A stretch of DNA of 63,592 nt, counting the filler, from Chiloscyllium plagiosum (Eukaryota): NCBI RefSeq assembly GCF_004010195.1. It is 5 parts of one record of this genome, joined end to end, with 100 filler letters (N's around TTAATTAATTAA, not from the genome) between each part and the next. Parts side by side here need not be neighbours in the genome. Positions count along the whole stretch, not along the records: positions 28,804 to 57,640 come from NC_057716.1; positions 57,741 to 63,592 come from NC_057716.1; 3 more parts are not named here. One strand, 5' to 3'. This document shows positions 53,040 to 63,592 of the stretch, piece by piece. Each line of letters opens with the position of its first letter. The stretch's first letter is position 1. The notes under the pieces were generated by a model. That model was not told the origin of the DNA and did no database searches. It saw only the letters and a program-made list of their open reading frames with translations. Both the position numbers and the translations under genes were made by a program.

Positions 53040-53937
53040 GTGGAAACACCACCCACATACATGGCAGATACTCATGTGACTTGGCCAATGTTCTCTACTT
53101 TATACACTGCAATCAAGGATGCCCTGAGGGATGGTATATTGGTGAGTCTATGCAGACGCTATGATAACAGATGAATGGATATTGCACAACAATCACCAGA
53201 CAGGAGTGTTCCCTCCCAGTTGGAGAACACTTCAGCGCACAAGGACACTCAGCCTCTGATCTTCGGGTAAGCATCCTCCAAGGTGGCCTTCGAAATATAC
53301 AACAGTACAGAATTGCTGAGCAGAAACTGATAGCCAAGTTCCTTACCCATGAAGACAGTCTCAACCATGATCTTGGATTCATGTTGAGCTACATGTAATC
53401 CCACCATACTGTTCTGTATTTGTAAAATCTTCCTTACTGTCCTGTTTTGACACTATCACTTTGATAACTTGTTATGATCTCTCTATCTTAATTAGTTTGT
53501 ACAGTTTTGATTACTTGTTACTTTAATTAGATCCTTGGCATGCATCTTTTATATCTGTCATGTTATTTCCAGTCATGTGATTTGTCTCCAGCACCACCTT
53601 ACTTCTAATTTTTTGTAACTATCTCTCTGCCTTAATTAATCTATTTATAGGTCATCCCTTCACTTGTTATTCAGCTGTTAACACTTTACTCACATTCTCT
53701 GACATTCTTGATTACCTTCAGAAACTTATTATTTGGTCTGTCCACTCACACTATTTGTGTGATCTTTCGATCTCTCTGATTATAAATTCTGTACCTGTAA
53801 GTCTTCTCCTCATTTCACCTGACGAAGAGGCAGCACCCCAAAAGCTTGTGATTTCAAATAAACCTGTTGGAATATAATCTTGTGTCATGTGACTTCTGAC
53901 TTTGTCCACCCCAGTCCAACACCAGCACATCCACATC
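53040..53937 (+). mobile_element. Penelope-like (Neptune-type) element 3' part: GIY-YIG pseudogene plus pLTR
   Basis: SCDLANVLYFIHCNQGCPEGWYIGES..SLPVGEHFS..GHSASDLRVSIL..AEQKLIAKF. Degenerate hammerhead at 53815-53851. Confidence 0.85.
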
Positions 53938-54472
53938 CCTTTAGACTTAGATTTCTTTGTTTAAATATTTATTCATGCATGCATGGTGGATGTACATATC
54001 CATTGTTGGCACACAGCTTGTTACCATAACAAAAATGTTATGCTATTCTTACAGATAACAAATTTCCAAACAACTATTCCTAAAAGTAAAAATTTCCAAT
54101 TAAAAAGTTACACAATTAGTCACTCCGATCTCTCCCAGCCCTGGTAATGTATTTGACATTCCAAATTAGCACACCTTATCCAATTATGTTCAGACGAATA
54201 CCTATGACTATAATATGACTTTATAAACCAATCCTATTCAAATTAACATACATGATTATATTATCAAATCATGCCATTACACTTCCACACCTCAAACTGT
54301 GAACATGTACTTGTTGTTACATGAAGCCTACACCTCTGAGGAAGAGTCACTTGACCAGAACATTAACTCTAATTTCTCCCCACAGATGCTGAGCTTTTTC
54401 AGCAATTTCTGTTCTTGTTTCTGATTTACAGCATTTGCAGTTTTTCGGTTTTCAAAAACCTCCTATCACTCC

Positions 54473-55278
54473 CTCTTTGGATAGTATGGATTCTTAGCTT
54501 TGCTATAAGTTTCCTATACGGAAGCTTATTAAAAGCCTTGCTGAAGTCCAAGTAGACTACTAATCCAGTCCAATGAAAATTCATTCCTCCTGAAGTATTA
54601 AATCTATACTATTTTCCCTTTTTGTTTTCAAAATTACACTTCACTTGTAAATATTTTGAAATACATTAATGTGACTTTATTCATCTGCATGTCATCATTA
54701 TTTGTTGAGACTAGTTTGCTCAGAGTGTTAAAAGTAATGGTACGTATCATCATTATAATATATTGATAGTTACAAGAAAGATAGGGGAATTTTCTCTATT
54801 GTGGATGATGAAAAATGTGGTGCTTTTGACTTCACTTTTTAGTGAATGTTCATATTAATGCCCGGTGCTGTACGCACCACGATGTGAGACATGGTTGAAC
54901 TTCAGGCTCAGCTGTCCCTCCCTTCTATGCAAGCACATTGAAAGAAATCTCAGCAGAGGTAATTGAAGTATTGTGGTGAACTCAAAGCACAGTAAGTACT
55001 CTGCTAATCAACACCCTGTGATAGTATGATTTTGGCCAACACTGATATTGCCTTTGAGGGTGCTTTTCTTTAACCTCATCTGACTGTCCTCACCTCTTCC
55101 AGCTCAACCATATCCAGGATGCCAGGTGTATCTCTGGAGAGTGAAAGATTTAATACTTCAGGAGGAATGAATTTTCATTGGACTGGATTAGTAGTCTACT
55201 TGGACCTCAGCAAGGCTTTTAATAAGCTTCTGTACAGGAAACTTATAGCAAAACTAAGAATCCATACTATCCAAAGAA
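54473..55278. repeat. About 130-bp inverted duplication with about 540-bp spacer
   Basis: 54473-54605 is the reverse complement of 55147-55278 with only a few mismatches. Confidence 0.85.
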
Positions 55279-56200
55279 ATGCATCTAATTAGATCCAAAA
55301 TTAACTAAGCAGCAGAAAGCAGAGGATGATGGTTAAGGGGCACTTTTGTGACCAGCGTCTGTGTTCAGTGGAGTTCTGCAGGGGTCCTTATTGTTTGTGG
55401 TACATATAAATGACATAGACTTGATTATAGGTGGCTTCATTAGTACATTTGCGGACGATACAAAATTTGGTGGAGCAGTAAATAGCAAGGAGAATAGCTT
55501 TAGATTACAGGAAGATATACATGGGCTGCTCAGATCGGTTAAATTCAATCCAGATAAGGTAACGCACTTGGACAGGAAACAAATCAAGCTAATACATGAA
55601 CAGTAGAACACTGGGATGCATGACAGATCAGAAAAACTTTTGGTGTGTGTGTCCACTAATCCATCAAGGTGAGGGGTGAGTTAGATAAAATGGTTAAGAA
55701 GTCATGTAGGATCCTTGCCTTTATTAGTAAAGCAGAGAGATTATGCTGGAACTAAAACGGTGGCTAGGTCACAACTAAAGTATTAAGTAGAGGTCTGGAA
55801 TCCACATTATAGGAAGGATATGATTGCACTGAGAAGGAATAGAGGAGATTTATCAGGATGTTGCTGGGAGTTTTGCTGGGAGTTTTGGTTATGGAAAGAG
55901 ATTAAATAGACTGGGATTATTTTCATTACAGCATATATAACGTAAAAGTAGGTGGTTTATAACGGATGTGAGGATTCTTTTTACTGTGGGTGGTGAGAAT
56001 CTGGAACTCTGCCTGTAGAGGTGGTAGAAGCAGAAACCTTCATAACTTTTAATAAATGTTTAACTGTACACTTGTATGCCAGTGCATACAAGGCTCTTGG
56101 CCAATTGTTGGAAAATGCGATTAGACGAATAAGATGATTTTGACTGTGCAGACTCAATGGGCCAAAGGCCCCTTTTCTGTGCTCTAGACCTCTGTGACTT
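55170..56200 (+). mobile_element. Old CR1 RT/3' fragment
   Basis: VVYLDLSKAFNK, SGVLQGS and STFADDTKFGG motifs. Confidence 0.8.
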
Positions 56201-56664
56201 GGCACGGGTTAGCACTGCTACCTCACAGCACCAGGGAGCTGGGTTTGATTCTACCCCTGGGCGACTGTGTGTGGAGTTTGCACATTCTCCCACAGTCCAA
56301 AGATGTACAGGTTAGGTGAAGTAGGTAAAAACAAGGACTGCAGATGCTGGAAACCAGATTCTGGATTAGTGGTGCTGGAAGAACACAGCAGTTGTTCAGG
56401 AATATGTAGGTTAGGTGCATTAGTCTGAGGTAAATATAGGGTGGGCGGTCTGCATCTAGGTGGGTTCCTCTTCAGAGGGTCAGTGTGAACTTGTTGGGCC
56501 AAAGGGCCGGTTTCAACCCTGTAAGGATTCTATGGCTCTATAATATCACATTTGTTACTTTATTTTCTTTTTGCTAATTTATTTCACTTCTTTATTCTAC
56601 TTGTCGTTACAGGGTTGCTGAATGGACATTGACCTGAGAAATTAAGCTTAACCTTCCTGTACTA

Positions 56665-57308
56665 AGTTAAAAATCACACACCAGGTTATAGTCCAACAGG
56701 TTTATTTGGAAGCACTAGCTTTCAGAGCACTGTTTCTTCATCAGGTGGTCGTGGAGTATAAGATCGTAAGACACAGAATTTATAGCAAAAACGTTTACAG
56801 TTTGAAGTAACTGAAATTATATATTGAAAAAGACCTGGATTGTTTGTTAAGTCTCTCTTAGAATGAACATGCTGGATTTGGTTCTTTCATATGCAAATCG
56901 CAGAACTTTTTTAAAGTTACATTGTCAAGTGAACTTTAACAACTGGTGTCATGTTGGCCCAGATAATGCATTTAAGGTGTGAGTGTAAAGGGGTATAAGT
57001 CTGTGAGACAGTGCATGTGAGATGGGAGTGTATGTGTGAGCGTATGAGAGAGGGTTTGCGTCAGTGTATGGGTCTGCAGGAGTGTGTGTGCACGTCTGTC
57101 TGTGAGTGTGCGGCTGTCTGTGAGTGTTTGTAGTGCAGTTGGGTGACCTGTAATGTGACATGAACCCAAGGTCCAGGTTGAGGCCATCCCTATGGGTACC
57201 AAACTTGGCTATAAGCCTCTGCTCGGCCACTTTGCATTGTTGCCTGTCCAGAAGTCCGCCTTGGAGGATGGTCACCCGAAGGTCTGAGGTTGAATGTCTC
57301 GGACCACT
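56665..57308 (-). mobile_element. Penelope-like element 3' part
   Basis: VTILQGGL..AEQRLIAKFGTHRDGLNLDLGFMSHY; hammerhead motif at 56713-56747 (-): CAC-CUGAUGA..GAAAGCUA-GUG. Confidence 0.85.
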
Positions 57309-57310
57309 GA

Positions 57311-57640
57311 CACTTTGGGTGCGAGCAGCAGCTAAGGTAAGACAGTTTGTTTTAAAATTACTTACCGGTAGCGGGCAGCGGTGTTTTTTTTTCTCTCTTT
57401 ACAGAAAGAGCGGGAGCAGCAGGGGGAACTGACGAAGACCGGAGGGGCAGCCGGGAAGGAAAGCAGTGAGTATAAATACTCACCCTTCGACGCCAACGGT
57501 CACTTTGAGTGCGAGCAGCAGCTAAGGTAAGACAGTTTGTTTTAAAATTACTTACCGGTAGCGGGCAGCGGTGTTTTTTTCTCTCTTTACAGAAAGAGCG
57601 GGAGCAGCAGGAGGAAGTGACGAAGACCGGAGGGGCAGCC
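57311..57640 (+). repeat. 190-bp tandem GC/CpG-rich monomers, probable LINE 5'UTR repeats
   Basis: Units start at 57311 and 57501, are nearly identical and run into a gap. The LINE 5'UTR assignment is inference. Confidence 0.6.
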
Positions 57641-57740
57641 NNNNNNNNNNNNNNNNNNNNNNNNNNNNNNNNNNNNNNNNNNNNTTAATTAATTAANNNN
57701 NNNNNNNNNNNNNNNNNNNNNNNNNNNNNNNNNNNNNNNN

Positions 57741-58515
57741 CTTCTCATTTTCCAGCCGTCCCTTTACCTGCGAACATCTGCCTCCAATCAGCTTTCGAAA
57801 GTTCTTGCCTAATACCGTCAAAATTGGCCTTTCTCCAATTTAGAACTTCAACTTTTAGATCTGGTCTATCCTTTTCCATCACTATTTTACAATGAATAGA
57901 ATTATGGTCGCCGGTCCCAAAGTGCTCCCCCACTGACACCTCAGTCACCTGCCCTGCCTTATTTCCCAAGAGTAGGTCAAGTTTTGCACCTTCTCTAGTC
58001 GGTACATTCACATACTGAATCAGAAAATTGTCTCGTACACACTTAAGAAATTCCTCTCCATCTAAACCTTTAACACTATGGCATTCCCAGTCGATGTTTG
58101 GAAAGTTAAAACCCCCTACCATAACTACCCTATTATTCTTACAGATAATTGAGACCTCCTTACAAGTATGTTCTTAATTTCCCTCTGATCATCCTTTTCT
58201 TATTTCTCAGTTCCACCCAAATAACTTCCCTGGATGTATTTCCGGGAATATCCTCCCTCAGCACAGCTGTCATGCTATCCCTGATCAAAAATGCCACTCC
58301 CTCTCCTCTCTTGCCTCCCTTTCTATCTTTCCTGTCGCATTTGTATCCTGGAAAATTAAGCTGCAAGTCCTACCCATCCCTGAGCCATGTTTCTGTAATT
58401 GCTATGATATCTCAGTCCCATGTTCCTAACCATGCCCTGAGTTCATCTGCCTTCCCTGTTAGGCCCCTTGCATTGAAATAAATGCAGTTTAATTTATTAG
58501 TCCTACCTTGTCCCT
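57741..58515 (-). mobile_element. CR1 endonuclease region
   Basis: LNCIYFNARGL, AITETWL, GFNFPNIDW, LDLLL and GDHN motifs. Confidence 0.9.
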
Positions 58516-58974
58516 TAGATGAGAAATTCTTCCATTTTAATTGGAATCTGCAGACTTGATCCCGTCATCAGATATCTCCAGGCAATGTTTTACAACTGAC
58601 TTTTTTTAGAAGAAAATATTGCCCCGAAAAGATATGCTGATTTATTTAAGAATGGTGACTCATCGCTGCTTAATTATTGCAGCAGCATGAGGTGCAGCTC
58701 AATGAATATAGCTTCACTGGACTATTTAACTTGAGGAATGTGCTGAGTGAAGGAATTTTGAAGTTTATTCTCTTCCTAATATCCAGTTGCTTTTTATTTA
58801 ATGTTTAATCTAATTTTAAAATTAACTTCTTTCAGCTGACAAAAATCAATTGGAAATTAATAAGACAGGTAATTAAACCATCTTTCCCATATTAATAAGG
58901 CTGTTCATTTTCATCCATCAACTTGATCTAGTTTAGAATGAGGTAACATTAATGAGATATCAACTCTACTGCAG

Positions 58975-59200
58975 TCAGGAGGGAGTACTACACTGCCAAA
59001 GGTGTCAGATTTCCACTGAGACCTTCAACTGAGGCTCTGCCTGCTGTCTCTGGTGAATTTAAAAAGATCAAATGGCACTATTACAGAGGTAAACGAGTTG
59101 GGTGGGGAAGTGCACTTTGGATGTTTTGCCGAATATATTTGTACTTCATTAGTTGTAAAGCAAATTGAAGCATAATGCCATATAAATGCTAGCTTTTTAT
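58975..59200 (+). mobile_element. Degenerate DeuSINE-type (SacSINE1/AmnSINE1-like) element
   Basis: GAGGGAGTACTACACTG...TGAGACCTTCAACTGAGGC...AAAAGATCAAATGGCACTATT resembles the Deu domain. A second, minus-strand relic lies at about 59750-60000. Confidence 0.5.
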
Positions 59201-60902
59201 TCTTTCAGGCATTAAGAAGAAAATGCTAAGCTCTCAATATATTATTTCTTTGCCAACTAAGTAGACTAGCTAAACTTTCAGCTTCTTTGCCAGTTCAACA
59301 TTTGAAATATGCTATTAACATTACATGAGGCAATGAATTTCTGAAGTTACCAAGAACAGGAAAACACTTACTAAATGCCGCATCAGATCAAACCAAATTT
59401 TAATCAAGGCATTACATTTCACAGGGTGCAGGACAATTTTAGTATCACAATTTTAAAAATAAGTGGAATGCCTTACAGTACATAAATAAGAATAAACCAC
59501 AAACGATAAACGTAGCGGACAGGTCGCACACTTAAACAAAATCACTTATCAAAAAGCTCTTGAGTGATTGAGCAATCAGCCTTGTCTGACCTAAAGACCT
59601 CAATCTCAGACTAATCAATAATCGCTCACGACAAAGATTAGCTGTGAACGAAAATGACTTGAGTAGATATGGAGCAACCTTAAACTTAAATGGGAGCTAA
59701 GTAAAAGTTAGAATCAATTAACTTACCTCATAATAAGGAAAATAACCTAATTTCTATTACGAGCCTTTCATGACCTTGAGATAACCAAACCTTTCACAGC
59801 CCATTAATTCCTTTTGAAGAGTGATTCCTTTGGTCATGTAGGAACTGTGACCATCAAATTTATTTTTGGGATCACTCCAATGTTTTTTTTGTAAAATAGT
59901 TCCATGGGTCTATTACATCAATGAGTTTAACACCTTATTTGAAAGACAGCACCTCAAACAGAGTCCTGTCCCCACAGTACAATGTCAGATTAGACTCTTG
60001 AGGGTTTAGTGCTAAGGTGCATTGGTTTGATTATCCCTGCAACATTATTGCTGTGTTTTTTAATCATTCACCTTTTTCTGCCTGTTTGATTAAAATTCCA
60101 GTGTGTATACACATAGATCATGAAAGGGAGCCATTCATCGAATTGTCGACAATATGGTATACAATTAAAATTTCTTATTGAAAATGTTGCACAGTAAATT
60201 ATACCCTTGCCCAATGAGTTTAGTTTAATGCCAAAGGCAAATAGAAATGTCTGAGATTATGAAGTAGCTTTTATGCAAATAGGTTCATACAGCTTAATGT
60301 CTGTAAGTAACTTTGTTTTATGATGTGAAAGATGATTTGAGCACCTTTGAGCCAGATTTTAGTGAAAAAAATCAAAAATGTTAAATTGGGAGAAATCCTA
60401 GCTGACACATAACCTTTTTAAAATTCATTCATGGGCTGAGGACTTCAACTCCCATCTTTATTTGTTGCCCATCTTGCATTGTTCTTGAGAAAGTCGTAGT
60501 AAGCTGCCACCTTGAACTATTGCGCCCCTTGGTATGTTTCTATGCCCACACTGCTTTTAGGCAGAATGTTCAAGGATTATGACTCAGTAACGGTGGGTGA
60601 TATATTCCCAGGTGAGGATTGGTAGTAGCTTGGAGTAGAACTTGCAGGAGGTGGTGTTCCCATGTATCTGTAGTCCTGGCCCTTTTAAGTGGTGATGCGT
60701 TATGTCTCACAGGCACTATGTAAGTATATCTGCAAAAGACATGGTCATTATATCATCACTGTATCATAGCAAATACCATCCTACACCTTACCTCAGATCA
60801 CTTGAGGCATGACTGTCTAAATGAAGCATGCTCTTTTTAATGGATTAATATTAACTCAGCCAATTATGTGCCCGAGAAACTTATTTTACATTGATAATAC
60901 TT

Positions 60903-61415
60903 TGTGAGAAACAAAGCTCACTCACTTCAATAATTGCAGTCCGAGACAAAAATCTGAATCAGTAGTGTTCTTTATTTTTACACTTGCAAGTGGGTGCAAT
61001 GTCTAATGCCAGACAAGTCCCACTGCAGGTCATCGTTAGGCATATTCTTTTTCTTTCTTTATCAGTATCTATTCCTTCCATCTGGGCCTCTCCGGAGGCT
61101 ACTCTGACCTTTATGACCTCTTTAATTAGGGTTTGTTCCTATGTCTCCGTACAAGTGGGAAACCTACTGTTTATACAGGCCTCTCTTCACAGCATTTTAT
61201 CTAGTGCCTGTATTTCTACCATTGTTTTGCAATCACGCCTCATGCTGACATACCATTTTTAGCTGAGGCGAAAACAATTATGTATTTCCTCCACATAGTC
61301 CCCATTCTTGTTGACTCAGCTCTTGGCTGAAATAATTACATACTGATGTGAGTTCATTTACTCTGTATCAAAACTTATAATTGCAGAAACAACATTAATT
61401 TACCTATATCCCACA
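60903..61415 (-). repeat. ERV 3' LTR (513 bp)
   Basis: Minus-strand termini TGTGGGA...TCTCACA, TATAAA at about 61170-61175, AATAAA at 60971-60976, and a PPT directly upstream. Confidence 0.8.
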
Positions 61416-61434
61416 ATTTCCCCCTTTTTCTTTA
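61416..61434 (-). promoter_or_regulatory. Polypurine tract
   Basis: AAAGAAAAAGGGGGAAAT immediately precedes the LTR TG. Confidence 0.85.
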
Positions 61435-61445
61435 ATTACCATTTG

Positions 61446-63420
61446 TTATCTTCTGCATTTTGTTTTAACATCGTTCCCGAAATTCGCAAGCATCATTCCA
61501 GAGATTTCATCCATCTTGGTTTCACTCATTTCCTCATTATTTAGTCGATAAAGTTCCTCTGTCTGATTCCCTTTTAGGGGCATCTGTTTCATCAAGGCTG
61601 TTTCAATCAGTCTTTGGGTGAGCCCTCGTATACAGGGTATGATACAACAGCCAATGGCCACCAATACCCCGACTACTACTATCAGGGAAGTAAGGATAGA
61701 AACCAGCACCCCCTTCAATTTTCCAAACCAGGATTCAAGCCATCCCGTGAGAGATGTGTCTACTCCTGAATTCTCAGCCAGTTCCTCTGCTAAGGTAGTC
61801 AATCCCCGTAAGGCCCGAGTAATTAAATCATCAGGTGCAGTATTATTAGGAATAAAGGTACAACAGCTTCCTCCTAACACACACACACACCCTTTTTCTG
61901 CTAAAATCATATCAAGGGCTATTCTGTTTTCCCATGCCATCCTACTTGTCGCATCAAGCTGTTCTGATATTCCTTTAACCGCATCTCTTGTATAATTTAT
62001 AAATCGCTGTTGATTATAGAAAATGTAATNNNNNNNNNNNNNNNNNNNNNNNNNNNNNNNNNNNNNNNNNNNNNNNNNNNNNNNNNNNNNNNNNNNNNNN
62101 NNNNNNNNNNNNNNNNNNNNNNNNNNNNNNNNNNNNNNNNNNNNNNNNNNNNNNNNNNNNNNNNNNNNNNNNNNNNNNNNNNNNNNNNNNNNNNNNNNNN
62201 NNNNNNNNNNNNNNNNNNNNNNNNNNNNNNNNNNNNNNNNNNNNNNNNNNNNNNNNNNNNNNNNNNNNNNNNNNNNNNNNNNNNNNNNNNNNNNNNNNNN
62301 NNNNNNNNNNNNNNNNNNNNNNNNNNNNNNNNNNNNNNNNNNNNNNNNNNNNNNNNNNNNNNNNNNNNNNNNNNNNNNNNNNNNNNNNNNNNNNNNNNNN
62401 NNNNNNNNNNNNNNNNNNNNNNNNNNNNNNNNNNNNNNNNNNNNNNNNNNNNNNNGTTCCCTCCCTTCTCCGTTTCGGTAACATTCTTAATCTCTGTACA
62501 TAATTTCAGCTCCCCCAAATCTCTCGACCGATTTGTACCTCGTCTACACACACACGACGTGTGATTTCCAACTGGGGTGGAAAATGTGGGGGGGACTTTT
62601 GCATCTTTCTTCTTCAAGGGAGGGAACATCAGAGATAGGGAGGTACAATTCTTATCATTCCTTGCAGTCTCATCCTGATACAGGGCTATCATACATTTCA
62701 TGCCCTTCCTGCCTCGCTTCCACCCGAGCGGAAAGGGAACCACCTGGGCCACTGGCCTACCGGAGGCACATGCATATCAATTGCTCTTGTTCAGACTCTT
62801 TACAGTACACTTTACCCATTCAACCTAGGCATTTGCATCCCCGTACCCAGTTTCTATTTCGATGGTCTGTTTCAAGTCCTATACCTCTATAATTTTTACT
62901 ACTTTAGGGTCATTGGGAGGGGTGAAAGGTTGTATCTTATTACCCAGTAATTCCACCCATTTTCCCTGTCCTATGCTAATTCAAAAACAACAGCCCAAGA
63001 AATCCTTCCCATTTGCTTTCATTTCGATCCCAAATGTTTCATTTAATTGTATCTCATAGGTGCCCCCCCCCCAGAATTGCTTTGTGCCCTGTGGTTTTCC
63101 TTATTGTTAGGTATATTGGGTTACACTTTTTATCGGGACAATCGCGAGCTGGTCGGAAGGGGGGCCCGGTGTGCTGTGACGAGACCATTATACCAAGTAC
63201 CATCCCCAATGGACTTAAGATGTATCTCAGAGCTCCGGTACTGTCTCTGATTATCTACATCCCCACAATTTACTAAGCTGCATGCATCAGTGTCTATTAC
63301 TTGTGGATTATCAGACTCAGGAACCGTTAATAATACATATGAAAATGACATTTGACAAAATCCCAATACTAAGAGGGTTAGTATCATAACTCTAAGCATT
63401 CCCAGTATTCTAAACATCAT
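61446..63420 (-). pseudogene. env: Retroviral envelope glycoprotein (gamma-type env), disrupted
   Basis: Signal-peptide-like MMFRILGMLRVMILTLLVLGFC. SU reads NA*VEWVK..SN*YACASGRP, with stops at 62825-62827 and 62777-62779, the latter at the first Cys of CXXC. TM has heptad/ISD-like NQQRFINYTRDAVKGISEQL..WENRIALDMILAEKG, then CVLGGSCC, a hydrophobic anchor and a cytoplasmic tail. The cleavage site falls in a gap. Confidence 0.9.
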
Positions 63421-63498
63421 GCTGAAGCACAAAAAGACTTAATATACAATCTTACAGAAATAATCCCGCGCTCGCGTCGCCACTGTATAATCAGTTAC

Positions 63499-63591
63499 TC
63501 AAAGTCTCTTTAGTCTGAGTTTCAGCGGGTCTTGCGTTGATTCGGCTGTCCAGACTTCTTCCTCAACTGGAGGATCCACTGGCCCTTTGAT
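63499..63591 (-). CDS. pol: ERV pol (integrase) C-terminal tail, partial
   Basis: IKGPVDPPVEEEVWTAESTQDPLKLRLKRL* ends about 80 nt upstream of env and resembles the MLV IN tail WRVQRSQNPLKIRLTR. Confidence 0.75.
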   Translation of the reverse strand: MKGPVDPPVEEEVWTAESTQDPLKLRLKRL

Positions 63592-63592
63592 C

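Larger units (their letters stand above)
60903..63592 (-). mobile_element. Class I (gamma/epsilon-like) endogenous retrovirus, 3' portion
   Basis: Ordered pol end, env, PPT and LTR on the minus strand; continues beyond the window. Confidence 0.9.

Noticed and set aside
54843..54991. Possible exon between TTTTTAG and GTAAGT
   Set aside because: All three frames contain stops; no support as a coding exon.
61446..61940. Env TM ORF as a domesticated syncytin-like gene
   Set aside because: The upstream SU has stops, the cysteine motif is altered, and the ORF sits in an ordinary proviral context; there is no evidence of selection.

Overview
Repeat-dense, mostly non-coding vertebrate DNA. The HE1-type SINEs and CR1/HER1-type LINEs point to an elasmobranch (shark). 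Much of the window is decayed transposons. These include many CR1 LINEs, HE1 and Deu-type SINEs, and Penelope-like elements (PLEs) whose ends carry minimal hammerhead-ribozyme motifs. There is also a Gmr1-type Gypsy (integrase upstream of RT) and two copies of a second Gypsy family, one with both LTRs, PBS and PPT and three Tx1 3' ends stacked in its 5' LTR. A GalEa-like Copia remnant, a Harbinger fragment and a young solo LTR are also present. The right end holds the 3' part of a class I (gamma/epsilon-like) endogenous retrovirus on the minus strand: an integrase tail with an MLV-like BET-binding motif, a disrupted env, a PPT and the 3' LTR. One isolated candidate host exon (5741-5843, +) suggests the window may lie inside a large-intron gene. 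Several N gaps contain an artificial TTAATTAATTAA linker. All family assignments come from motif recognition by eye; no database searches were run.
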